This document shows positions 42,601-54,440 of a stretch of 64,000 bases of DNA, one piece after another. Each line of letters begins with the position of its first letter. Position 1 is the first letter of the stretch. The notes beneath the pieces were generated by a model. The model searched no databases, was not told the DNA's origin, and saw nothing but the letters and a program-made list of their open reading frames with translations. Source of the DNA: Lama guanicoe (taxonomy: Eukaryota). The translations under genes and the position numbers were made by a program. The DNA is taken from positions 7,544,773 to 7,608,772 of the forward strand of contig MU056050.1 of assembly GCA_013239625.1 (NCBI GenBank), read 5' to 3'.

Positions 42601-43951
42601 TAGAGGTGCAGGCATTAGATCTTGCTGCTTGGCATCCCCTTCTCATTTGCTTCAAACTGTAGAGGAGAAAAGGGAAGTCCAATGAAGTTAAAAAGGATCT
42701 GGGAACACTAGGGGGAAAAATTCCTAGTCTTGGGAAAAAAAAAAACGGACTCCAAATCTGTCTTAGTCACAGAACCTGATATTCTACCACTTAAACTCAT
42801 GCCTGAAAGGGCCTTTTAGATATGGCCATTTAAACTGCTCAGGGACATCTGTTCCCTGGGACGAATGACACAGTAACTAACAGATTCATTAGCAGGAGCG
42901 AGTTTACTTAAGTAAAACACATTGCTACCAATAAAGGCAAGAGGAAAATCCTGAGGGCAGAAGACACAGGTGGGTAAATGCCCTGTTAGGGTACTTCATG
43001 AAGGTAAAGAGGAGAGAAGAAGAGCAGAGCTAAAGTAGAATCTCATTTTCCCACCCTGCCTGATGTCTGCTTCTGCACCTGTCTGGTTGTGTGTCTATCT
43101 TTTTCTGTGCCTCTGTGTCATCTTTCACAGCAGAGTATCTAGTTCCTTGTCAGTTTCTGCCAGTGTCTATCCATGTGTTCAGGTTGACTCTGCTGATACC
43201 TGTCTGCTGTGGGTCTGTCCCTACCTACGTCTCAAGTCTTTCAGCACCTATATACATGTTTAACCTCAGAATGTGTCTGTGTCTGTCTGACTTTGCACAC
43301 GTATGTGTGTGTGCATATGTATGCATGTGTTTTTCTATGTGCTTAGCACTCTGTTATCTGTGGCTTTTATTTTGGTAGATTGTCTCTACTTTTCTGTTTC
43401 TGCTTTCAATGCTTTACTCCCAAAGAATGACTTATGGTAGAAGTTGAAGGGAGCTTTCTGAGCTAGGAGGGACACCTGGTGACTCTAACCATTCTTTTTT
43501 TTTTAATTGAAGTATAGTTGATTTACGATGTTGTGTTAGTTTCTGGCGTACAGCATAGTGATTCAGTTATACATATATATTCATTTTCATACTCTTTTTC
43601 ATTATAGGTTATTACAAGATATTGAATATAGTTCCCTGTGCTATACACTAGGACCTTGCTGTTTATCTATTTTATATATTGTCGTTAGTATCTGCTAATC
43701 TCAAACTCCTAATTTATCCCTCCATCCTCTTTCCCTTTTGATAACCATAAGATTGTTTTCTATGTCAGTGAGTCTCCTTCTGTCTTGCAAATAATTATAT
43801 CACTTTTTAGATTCAATATATAAATGATTTAATATGATATTTGTCTTTCTCTGTCTGACTTACTTCACTTAGTATGACAATCTCCAGGCCCCTCCATGTT
43901 GCTGTAAATGGCATTATTTCATTCATCTTTATGACTGAGTAGTATTCCAAG

Positions 43952-43957
43952 GTGTGT

Positions 43958-43988
<31 letters not shown>
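43952..43988. repeat. (TG)n microsatellite inside L1
   Basis: Near-perfect dinucleotide run. Confidence 0.92.
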
Positions 43989-43991
<3 letters not shown>

Positions 43992-44003
43992 CACATCTTC
44001 TTT

Positions 44004-44054
44004 TTTTTTCTTTTTTTTTTACATTTTTATTGATTCATAATCATTTTACAGTGT
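44004..44054 (-). mobile_element. 51-bp ultra-truncated L1 insertion
   Basis: T tract plus acatttttattgattcataatcattttacagtgt; TSD TGTATCACATCTTCTTT at 43987-44003 and 44055-44071. Confidence 0.88.
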
Positions 44055-45429
44055 TGTATCACATCTTCTTTATCCAGTCATCTGTCAATGGACATTTAGG
44101 TTGCTTCCATGTCTTGGCTATTGTAAGTAGTGCTGCTATGAACATTGGGTTGCCTGTAGCTTTTCAAATGAGAGTTTTCTTGGGACATATGCCCAAGGAT
44201 CATAGGGTAAGTCTATTTTTAGTCTTTTGAGGAATCTCCATACTGTTTTCCATAATGGCTGCACGAAACTGCCTTCCCACCAACAGTGTAGGAGGGTTCT
44301 CTTTTCTCCACAGCCTCTCCAACATTTATTATTTGTAGGTTTTTGGATGATTGATATTCTGACTGGTGTGAGGAGATACCTCATTTTAGTTTTGATTTAC
44401 ATTTCTCTGATAATTAGTGCTATTGAGTATTTTTTCATGTGCCTATTGACCATCTCTATGTCTTCATTGGAGAAATGTTTGTTTAGGCCTTCTGCTCATT
44501 TTTTGATCGTGTTGTTTGTTTTTTTTGTTATTGAGCTGTATGAGAAATTAACCCTTGTCAGTCGCATCATTTGCAAATATTTTCTCCCAGTTCACAGGTT
44601 GTCTTTTCGTTTTGCTTATGGTTTCCTTTGCTGTGCAAAAGCTTGTAAGTTTAATTAGGTTCTGTTTGTTTATTTTTGCTTTTATTTCTATTACCCTGGG
44701 AGACTGACCTAGGTAAACATTACTACGATTTATTTCAGAGAATGTTTTGCTTATATTCTCTTCTAGGAGATTTGTGGTGCCCTGCCTTATGTTGAAATCT
44801 TTAAGCCATTTTGAGTTTATTTTTTGTGTATGGTGTGAGGGAATATTCTAACTTCATTGCTTTACATGTGGCTGTCCAGCTTTCCCAATACCACTTACCA
44901 AAAAGACTCTTTTCTCCATTGTATATTCTTGCCTCTTTTATCAAGGATTAATTGACCACAGAGGTGTGGGTTTATTTCTGGGCTCTCTATTCTGTACCAT
45001 TGATCTTTATGTCTGTTTTTGTGCCAATATCATGCTGTTTTGATTACTGTACTTTGTAGTATTATTTGAAGTCTGGGGGGGGTGGATTATGCCTCCAGCT
45101 TTGTTCTTTTTCCTCAAGATTGCTTTGGCAATTCTGAATCTTTTGTGATTCCATGTAAGTTTTAGGATTATTTGTTCTAGTTCTGTGAAAAATGTCCTAG
45201 GTAATATGATGGGGATTGCATTAAATCTGTGGATTGTTTTGAGTAGTATGACCATTTTTACCAATGTTAATTCTTCCAACCCAAGAGCATGAAATATCTT
45301 TCAATATCTTTAAATCATCTTCAATTTCCTTAATCAGTGTTTTATAGTTCTCCACGTATAAGGCTTTCATTTCCTTGGTCAGGTTTATTCCTAAGTATTT
45401 TTAATGTGATTTTAGAAGAGATTGTTTTA

Positions 45430-46293
45430 AAAAAATACACAACCCAATCAAAAAAATGGACAGAAGACTTAAACAAACATATCTCCAATGAAGACATACA
45501 AATGGACAATAGGCACCTGAAAAAATGCCCAATATGACTAACTATTATAGAAATGCAAATCAAAACTACAATGAGGTATCACCTCACACCAGTCAGAATG
45601 GCCATCATTAAAAATTAAGAATAAATGCTGGAGAGGCTGTGGAGAAAAGAGAACCCTCCTACACTGCTGATGGGAATGTAGTTTGGTGCAGCCATTATGG
45701 AAAACAGTATGGAGATTCCTCAAAAGACTAAAAATAGACTTACCATATGATCCATCAATCCCACCCCTGGGCATATATCCAAAATATATATAATATATAC
45801 ATATACATACATATATATAATATCATATATATACACACAATGGAATACTACTTAGCCATAAAAATGAATGAAATAATGTCAGTTGCAGCAACATAGATAG
45901 AGATTGTCATACTAAGTGAAGTAAGCTAGAAAGAGAAAGAAAAATACCATATAGCATTTATATGTGGAATCTAAAAAAATGACACAAATGAATTGATTTA
46001 CAAAACAGAAACAGATTCACAGACAGAAAACAAACTTGTGGTTGCTAGGAGAGAAAGGCAAGAGTGGAGGGATAAATTGGGAGTATGGGATTTGCAGGTA
46101 CAAATTACTATATGTAAAATGGATAAACAGCAAGGTTCTTCCGTATAGCACAAGAAACTATATTCAATACCTTGTAGTAGCCTATAATGAAAAAGAATAT
46201 GAAAGGGAATATATATATGTAGAGCTGAATCACTATGTTGTATACCAGAAATTAACACAACATTGTAAACTGACTATACTTCAATTAAAAATA
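45430..46293 (+). mobile_element. L1 3' end inserted antisense within the host L1
   Basis: [18 protein letters not shown] remnant, 3'UTR ending ctgactatacttcaattaaaa; host L1 is collinear on both sides; degenerate duplication attttagaagagattgtttt versus attttaaagggattttt. Confidence 0.9.
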
Positions 46294-47382
46294 ATTTTAA
46301 AGGGATTTTTAAAAACTTTCCTTTTCTGATATTTCATTGTTAGTGTAAAGAAATGCAATAGATTTCTGTATGTTAATCTTGTATCCTGCTACCTTGCTGA
46401 ATTTGTTTATCAGTTCTAGTAGTTTTTGGTGGCATATTTAGGGTTTTCTATATATAGTATTGTGTCATCTGCATATAGTGACAATTTTACCTCTTCCTTT
46501 CCTATTTGGATCCCTTTTATTTCCTTTTCTTGTGTGATTGCTGTGGCTAGGACTTCCAATACTATGTCAAACAGAAAGGCTTTCAACTTTTCACTGTTGA
46601 GTATTATGTTGGCTGTGGGTTTATCATAACTAGCTTTTATTATGTTGAGATATGTTCCTTCTATACCCACTTTGGTAAGAATTTTGATCAAGAATGGATG
46701 TTGAATTTTATCAAATGTTTTTTCTGTATTGATTGAGATGATTATGCGGTTTTGTTATTTCTTTTGTTGATGTGGTATATCACATTGATTGATTTGCATA
46801 CATTGAACCATCCTTGTGGTCCTGGGATGAATACAACTTTGTTGTAGTATGTGATCTTTTTTATGTGTTGTTGGATTTGGTTTGCTAATATTTTGTTGAG
46901 AATTTTTGCATCTATATTCATCAAAGATGTTGTCCTGTAATTTTCTTTTTTGGTAGTGTCTTTGGTTTTGGTGTCAGGATGATGGAGGCTTTGTAGGATG
47001 ACTTTGGGAGTGTTCCTTCGTCTTCAGTCTTTTGGAAGATTTTGAGAAGGATCAATATAATTTCTTCTTTGCATGTTTGGTAGAATTCCCCAGTGAAGCC
47101 ATCTGGCACTGGACTTTTGTTTGCAGGGAATTTTTTCTTTTTCTTTTTTCTTTTTAAATTACAGATTCTATTTCACTTCTAGTGATCGATTGATCTGTTC
47201 AAATTGTCTATTTCTTCTTGATTCAGTTTTGGTGGACTGTATGTTTATAGAAATTTGTCCATTTCTTTTAGGCTGTTCAATTTGTTGCCATACATTTATT
47301 CGTATTTTTTTGTTGGCATATGTTTATTCATATTTTTTGTATATCTGTGATGTTGGTGATTATTTTTCCTCTTTCATTTCTT

Positions 47383-47543
47383 TTTTTTCCAACAGGAAAG
47401 TTTTTTTTTAATTGAAGTATAGTCAGTTACTATTTGTCAGTTTCTGGTGTACAGTATAATGTCCCTGTCATGCATATATATACATATATTCATTTTCATA
47501 TTCTTTTTTTCCTTTTTTAAAATTGAAGTGCAGTCAATTACAA
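47383..47543 (-). mobile_element. Composite L1 tail insertion (two L1 3' ends plus a 12-nt extra segment)
   Basis: TSD TTTCATTTCTT at 47372-47382 and 47544-47554; aattgaagt(a/g)..agtca occurs twice. Confidence 0.8.
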
Positions 47544-48149
47544 TTTCATTTCTTATTTTCTTTATTTGGATCCTCTCTCTTGTCTTCTTGGTGAGCCTGG
47601 CCAGAAGTTTGTCCATTTTGTTTACTCTTTCAAAAAATCAGCTCTTGGTTTTACTGATTTTTCTAATTTTTTAATCTCTATTTTATTTATTTCCTTTTTG
47701 ATCTTTATTATTTATTTCCTCCTGCTGACTTTAGGCTTTGTTTGTTCTTTTTAAATTCTTTTAGGTGTAAGTTAGGTTTTTCATTTGAGATTTCCTTCAT
47801 TATTTGAGGAAGACCTATATCGCTATGAAGTTCCCTTTTAGGACTACTTTTGCTGCACCTCATAGATTTTGTGTGATTATGTTTTCATTGTCATTTGTCT
47901 CAAGGTATTTTTAAATTTCCTGTTTGATTTCATCATTGACCCATTGCTTTTTTAGTAGCATATTGTTTAGTCTCTGTGCAATCATTTTTGTTTGTATGTT
48001 TCTCTTTCTGTGGTTCATTTCTAGTTTCATGCCATTTTGGGACTCTGACCATTCTTAAGATCTGCCCTGAGGCAGCACAGTGAAGTCATGTCTGCCACAC
48101 AGCAAAATAGAAAAGATGCAAATAGGCAAAACAAAATGAAAACCCCAAC

Positions 48150-48400
48150 TTTTCTTTCATTCTCTGTTTATCTCCCCTCCTTTTTGGGGGGCTTCTTCCT
48201 TACTGTTTTTCTTTCTTCCTTTTCTTTTAGTTCCTCTTCCTGGATTTCTCTTTTTACTCTATTTCTCTCACTTCTTGACTCTCTTTTTTGTGTTTTTTAA
48301 AATTTTATTCATTTTCTCTCTATCTCTCTGTCTCTTTTTATCCATGTCTTTCTCCATTTTTTTCTTTATGTTTTCCTTTCTGTTGCCCATTCTTCTGTCA
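48150..48400. repeat. CT-rich low-complexity tract
   Basis: Polypyrimidine runs. Confidence 0.8.
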
Positions 48401-49189
48401 GTAGCTTCTTGTGTATTAATCTGTCAATCTCTTTTGTGCTTTATCTTCCCCAAACATGCTTTAAACATCAAGAGAGAGAAGAAGTTATCTTTTTCTGCTC
48501 AGGGCTGGGATGTGGGTGTGTGTGGTTCATTATCTTTCTTATTATTCACACGTGGGTGGGGTCATTGCTGCTCCCTGGAATCTAACCGGAACTTCCCTGT
48601 TCCCTGCCTCCAAGACCTTGTCTGCACAGTCACACTGCAACTCTAGCTGCTGCTTGCATTCCTTTCACGTCCCATGTAGAGCAATGAGCTCCCAGGTGCG
48701 ATGGGAGAATTCATCAGCTGCTCGACAGGGCTAACGATTTACTCCTGAGAAATAATCCATATCCGGATAATGGATCACCCTGACTCCCTAAGACCATTTG
48801 TCTTGGCACTTAAATGGCACCAGAGTCCAGGGGCAGAGCCAGGACTCTATCCCAGGTTCATTGGTAGATGAATAGGCTGGAATAATAATGTTAAGGATTA
48901 TGATAAAGAACACTTTGCATTTGTATGGTGCTTTTAAACTTTATAAATTTGGAGGAGATTAGCCTTCCTTGGCTCATCACTTCTGAATCTCACACATTGT
49001 GGACCCTGCTTGTATATTCAGAAGCAGGGGCTTTTAAGTGACTCACCCAGAATCATCTAGCTTGTTACTGGCAGAAATGGGAGGAAAACTGTATTTTACT
49101 GACTTCCTGAGATTCTTTCCTCTGAATGCTAGATGGCCTTCTGATCTCTGGATCTCACCTGTCTTGGAAATGAATGCCCAGTACTGAGA

Positions 49190-49445
49190 GAGTGTATACT
49201 ATAGAGGTTCATTGTCAGACAGACCTGGGTTTGAATCCTAGTTCTGCATTAGCTAGCTATATGGCCTTGGGCATATTGCTTACTTATTCAGAACCTCAAT
49301 TTTCTCCTCTATAAAATGGGGATCCTAATAAACCTTCCTCATAGGACTGTTTATGAAGATGAAGAGAGATAATGTATGTAAAGTGCTTAATATAGTGCCT
49401 GGCTCATAGTAAAGCTCCATGAGTATTAGCTATGATTATTACTAC
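49190..49445 (+). mobile_element. MIR, near full length
   Basis: gtcagacagacctgggtttgaatcctagttctgc...aagtgcttaatatagtgcctggctcatagtaa. Confidence 0.88.
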
Positions 49446-50589
49446 TGCCTGTCTCTTTGCAGGATGCTGAGTGAACTCATGCAAATGCATAAGAAAATTG
49501 GTCTGGAGGAGGAGGAGAGATAACTGATGAGCCAGCTTCCACAGAGGCATTTCTGACGCCACTGATGGGGGAAGGGAGCTGGAAGGGTGAATTCTGAGGG
49601 TGGGAGAAGCTAAGAATTCTGTTTGGGCTGGGAGGACTGGCTGGTTCTGCAGTTCTGGGAATAGAAGAAGAGAAGAAAGAAGGCTGGGGTGCAGGTCCTA
49701 AACATGTCTCAGCAGCATGTTACTCAGCAGGATCAATTGTTGGCCTTCAATTATAGCTGGCTACCATTCACCTTCTCAGGATCTCAGCTGTCAGTTTCCC
49801 TTGGGAGTTTCCCTTCCTCAAAAGCCAGGCAGAGGACTTTTTCTTTGGAGAATACTGAAGCCAAAGAGGTTTTGTGGAAGGCCAGAACAAACTAAAACTA
49901 ATGAAATTTTGTGCACGAGGCATTTGCATAAATGGAAGTTCACTGTACAAATGTAGGAATGATTGTTAATACTCCCAATAATAGCAGTAACAATCTTTTA
50001 ATCTCGTTCTATGGAGTGTGGTTGCTAGAGGTTGACACACCATCTCACATGGCAAGAAACATCCCCAGGATCCACTTGCATGCAGAATCACAGCTCGTAT
50101 TCTTCTCCCCCTTTACTAGGACCTCGTCCTCCCAGAGTCACACACATAATTCAGCCTTCACTGAAATGATTCTGACACTATTGAGGCTCCCTGGAGAATG
50201 GATGCCATGCGGAGGCGGGGAGTGTGGGCTCCTGACTTCAAGCTGCGGAAGGCGAGGAATTGATACAACTCCTAAGCACCAAGGACTCAACTCCTTTGGC
50301 GATGAGAAGGGCTTTGTCAAACCCTGATGGTTTATTAATAATTCTCTCAACTGAGGAGAGCTCCATCCTTATCAATTGACAAGTATTAAGTGAGAAACCT
50401 CTGTGAGGGATGTAAAGAGGTTTGTCAGAGCTGACAATGTGGTAAAGGAGACAGACCACGGACATATATAGATTATTCACAATACAAAGTAGTCCCTTTA
50501 ACAAAGAGATGAAAGCAGCTCGAGCAAAGTGGAAAAATATAAGATAGTCAGGAGACTTGATGTCACTTAATCTCTCTGAGCCTTGGTTT

Positions 50590-50875
50590 CCTTGTCCTCT
50601 TGGAAAGGCAGCCTAGTGGCATTGAGCGAACATTAGCTTTGGAGTCAGACCAACCTGACTTAAAATTTCAATTACCTCAAAAACTAACTAGGGGTCCTTG
50701 AACATGTTACTTAACTCCTATGAGGTGCAATTACCTTCTGTATAAATTGGGGTATAATAGTAGCCCATACCACATAGGGTGGTGGTGAGGATTAAATGAA
50801 AGCACACATGTAAAGCACTAAGCATAACGCCTGGCACATGGTAAGCACTCAATAATCAATTCCTATTATTATAAT
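50590..50875 (+). mobile_element. MIR, near full length
   Basis: gctttggagtcagacc...gtgaggattaaatga...gcctggcacatggtaagcactcaata. Confidence 0.88.
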
Positions 50876-51389
50876 ATGCAGAGGGAAAGGCAGGAAATGT
50901 TTGGAAATAGAAGAGTTTTATTTTCCTCTTCGGCTCCTTACATGTCTGACATTACATTTCACAGGAATGCAAACTCAAAAAGAAAACTTACATGTAAACA
51001 ATAATTATAATATCATTCTGTGATACCTTTTATATGCCTCTCCACTATTGCTGCCTAAATTTGGTGGGATCAAATTTACAGAACAATGAAATAGCAGAGA
51101 AGGTAAATTATATACTCCTGTGAGCTTGGGTACCTCACTGAGCTTCAGTTTTCCCATCTGTAAAATGTGGCTAAGAACACCTACTTCACAGGGCTGTTGT
51201 AAAAATTAAATTAAAATGTGTATAAAGCACTTGGCACAGACTAGGCAGAAGACAAAAGTTGGCTCCATTCCCCTCCCTCTTTTATAAAAATAGGAAAATA
51301 AAGAATCAACCTTACCAGGTAATTATAAAGATTAAGTCAGGCAAATATACAGCAAAAGTTTGTAAATTCTAAGACCCCAATAACAGGCT

Positions 51390-52500
51390 TCATGAAACAT
51401 TTGTTATGTACCAGGCTCATGCAATTAACAAATGTTAATTAATTAGGTAAACATTTAATTAAGTGTCTCCTAAACACAGGACACTATTTTAGATGCTGTC
51501 AGTGATACGGAGAGATCAAGGCCATTAAAGTGGGTGATCCCCTGCACACAAGAACAGAACATTAAAGACAGGACCTTGAAGGATGCTCCCATTTAGGGTA
51601 CCAGTGAAGAATGCAGAGCCAGAAGGAGAAATTATTGATAAGAACACTAGTACAGCATAGCATCCTCAGAGCCAAGGAAAGAGAGAGTTTCCATAAGTAG
51701 GGAAAGATGCACAGCATAGCACTCTGCAGAGAAAGCAAATAAAATCAGGACATGGATATGTCCCCTTGGATTAGGCCTCTAAGATGGCATTGGAAGCTAC
51801 AGTGAGAGAAGTCTTAGTAGAGTGTGTGTGTAGTATATGCTGTGGACGGAAGAATGAGGATATGGTGAAAAGTGAGGAGGGCAAGTCTACACTACTCTTT
51901 GAAGGTGTTAGGGAATAAGGCTGAGAAAAGGAAGATTGGATGATAGCTAGAAGGGGACTAGGGTCAGAGAATGGATGTTTTCATATAGAAGAGTGTGAGT
52001 GTCTTTGTGGGCACTGGGGAAGAAACCCAAAGGGAAAGAGAAGATGAATAAGCAGGTGAGAGATGGTTATTGAATAGGCAGAAGTCTGAGAGATGAAACT
52101 GGGGAGGTGAAGCTAAGGGAGGAGGGATTTTCAATCAAAACAGAGAAAGAGATCCTGGGGGTGCAAATGCTGCCAAGTTGTCAACAGGATTGAGAACTGA
52201 CAAGGGGCTACTGCATATAAACTTAGGAGCTATGAAGGCCTTCAATAGTGGGAGTGGAATGGGAAGAAGTAAAATAGTGGCCATCCATTTGAGAAGTTTT
52301 GCAGATGCAAGAACAGGTAGAGAAAGGCTGAGGGAAAGACTGTTTTGTGGGGAAGATTGGGATGTGTGGAGGCAGAGGGAAGGGCTCAATGGAAGGGGAA
52401 AGGCTGAAAGGACAAGAGAGTGAGAGGCTCTTTGGTGGCTGAGATGGTAGCAGGATGAGAGGCTGAGCATCAGTGAGGAGGACCCCTGCAAGGGTCCCTT
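51390..52500 (-). mobile_element. L2 fragment
   Basis: Purine-rich antisense L2; minus-frame PLSVLNPVDNLAAF resembles a decayed SVLILLDLSAAFD RT motif. Confidence 0.65.
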
Positions 52501-54259
52501 CTTCCTTTGAAGTGGGAAAGAAAAGCAAAAAACCCAGAAAGGCCAAGATTCTGCATTCAGCCCTTGAACCTAGCCTTGGACACTAATATTACTACTCCTG
52601 ACCCCATACAGGGCATCTCACTATCACTGAGTAGATTTGAAGGACAGTCTCTGAGGATAGCAAGGTGTGTGATTTGGATGGGGGAGGTGGAGGTATACTG
52701 GTGGCTCTTACCCTGGGGAAGTGGGAGAGAGCCATAGCCCCAGAGCATGGCCCAGCCAGGAGAGCCGGCCATCTGTGACCTAGACCTATGCCACACAGTG
52801 TCTTCCTTCCCAATTTCCTCCCTAAAATTGCTACCCTAGAGCTCCTCTTGAAAACAAAATTAGAGTCCAAAGTCACTCAGATTCTTGAGTTTTCTTGTTA
52901 TTTGCTAAGGCACTGGGTGCCCAGAGTCCTGTGATCTGGCCAAATCTTTCCTCCACTGAGGGCAAAAGAAGGACTTTCTGAATATAGCCTAGTATTTAGT
53001 TCTTTGACACACACACATAGCCTGTTGAATGCATCATATGGCCTTACTGCCACTTGATCTGACCCCAGGTATGGCCCCTCCTCTCTAGCATGGCTGTTCT
53101 CTGGCCCTAGGCAGGTATAGCTCTGATGGCCCCTCTTTGCCTTGCCCCTTAACTTACAGTCTAACAAGTCTCCTGGGATTTGGAGGGCGGAACAGCAAGG
53201 CAGTTCTAAGCCCAGGGTGCTTGAAAGTGGGAGAGAATGCCTCACCTCAGAACTCAAGAGAGGGGGGCCTTGAGTGGGTGCCAGATCCAAAGCAGTTTGA
53301 AAGATAAAGTAAGCCTTTAGTGTGTTTAGTCCTGGGGCCAGATCTGGTGTTCACATATCATCTCTACAGTGCCTGGGGTGTAGGAATGCAGAAGAGAGGG
53401 ACAAACAACTCACTAGGCAGAGAAGACTGGGCTCTGGAGCTAGCCCTGTGCCCCTGTTTAAGACATGAGTTGTCCCAGGATTGAGTTATAGTGGAGGAAT
53501 ACTTATTTGCATTGACCAACGGCAATTAACAAAAGAGGCGATTTAAAGTGAGAGAAGCTACAAGCTCAAAAATGTCAGTGGTTGGTATGCAAGAGAATTC
53601 CTTCATTCCTTCTCCCTCCACCTTTTATTCCCTCCCCTTTTGCTTTTCTCCCTTCTTCTCCTCTGTCCACTTCTTGCTTGCTCCATCCACCCACACCTGC
53701 AGCTCCTGATGTGAATTCTCATGATCTACAGTCAAATGCCCTTAGTCCCGACAGGCTCACGAGGGTCCAGCTAAGCTGTCTGATGGACCAGTCTGTGAGC
53801 AGATAAACCAAGGGAAGTAGCAGGCAGACCCTGCCCCCCAACCTAGTCCCCTCAGGGGTAATGGCAGCTAAACCAATGAACGAGAGTGGCTGCCCCCAAA
53901 ATAATCAATAAATCACTTGGAGTCCGAGACAGGTAGAAAACTCCCCAGCAAACAGTGCTCAGGACATATTCCATGACCTCCTCTGCCATGAATGTCCATG
54001 GTGCACCAACCACACAGGCCTGGCCTAAGTCCACTCTCAAGGTGCCGCTCCCAGATTCCACCTGACCCATCTCAGTTTCAGAGGGAGGTCATTCATTCCA
54101 ATGGGATGTGACAGGTGCCATCTTCAGGCACCTGCCTCTGCTCCCAGTGGCAGGGACTGTCGCTGACTGCAAATCCCCCAAGTGCCATGCTGGTCTAAAG
54201 AGAGCAAGTCCCGGGGTGGGCAGATGACATTTCAAAACCCTACGAATCTAAGGTGAGAT

Positions 54260-54440
54260 GACAGTGTGATGTAATGGACCATGCTCTGGACTAGGAAGCT
54301 GGACACTTGGCTTCTAGTTCAATTTCAGCCACTAACTTGCTAGGTGATGTTGAGTAAGTCACTTTCCCTCCCTGGATCTCAGTGTCCTCCCTAGGATGTA
54401 AGGAGGTTGGACTAGATGATCTCTAATGAGACTTCCAGTC
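54260..54440 (+). mobile_element. MIR3/MIRc-like SINE
   Basis: gctctggactaggaagctggacacttggcttctagt...ggttggactagatgatctctaa. Confidence 0.75.

Larger units (their letters stand above)
43497..48040 (-). mobile_element. 5'-truncated L1 hosting three nested L1 insertions
   Basis: TSD GACTCT(A/G)ACCATTCTT at 43481-43496 and 48041-48056, empty site TTCTT/AA; ORF2 remnants with YADD and [18 protein letters not shown] segment deleted near 46570. Confidence 0.93.

Noticed and set aside
45430..46293. Twin-priming inversion of the host L1
   Set aside because: The host is collinear on both sides and the insert has its own 3' end, so it is a separate insertion
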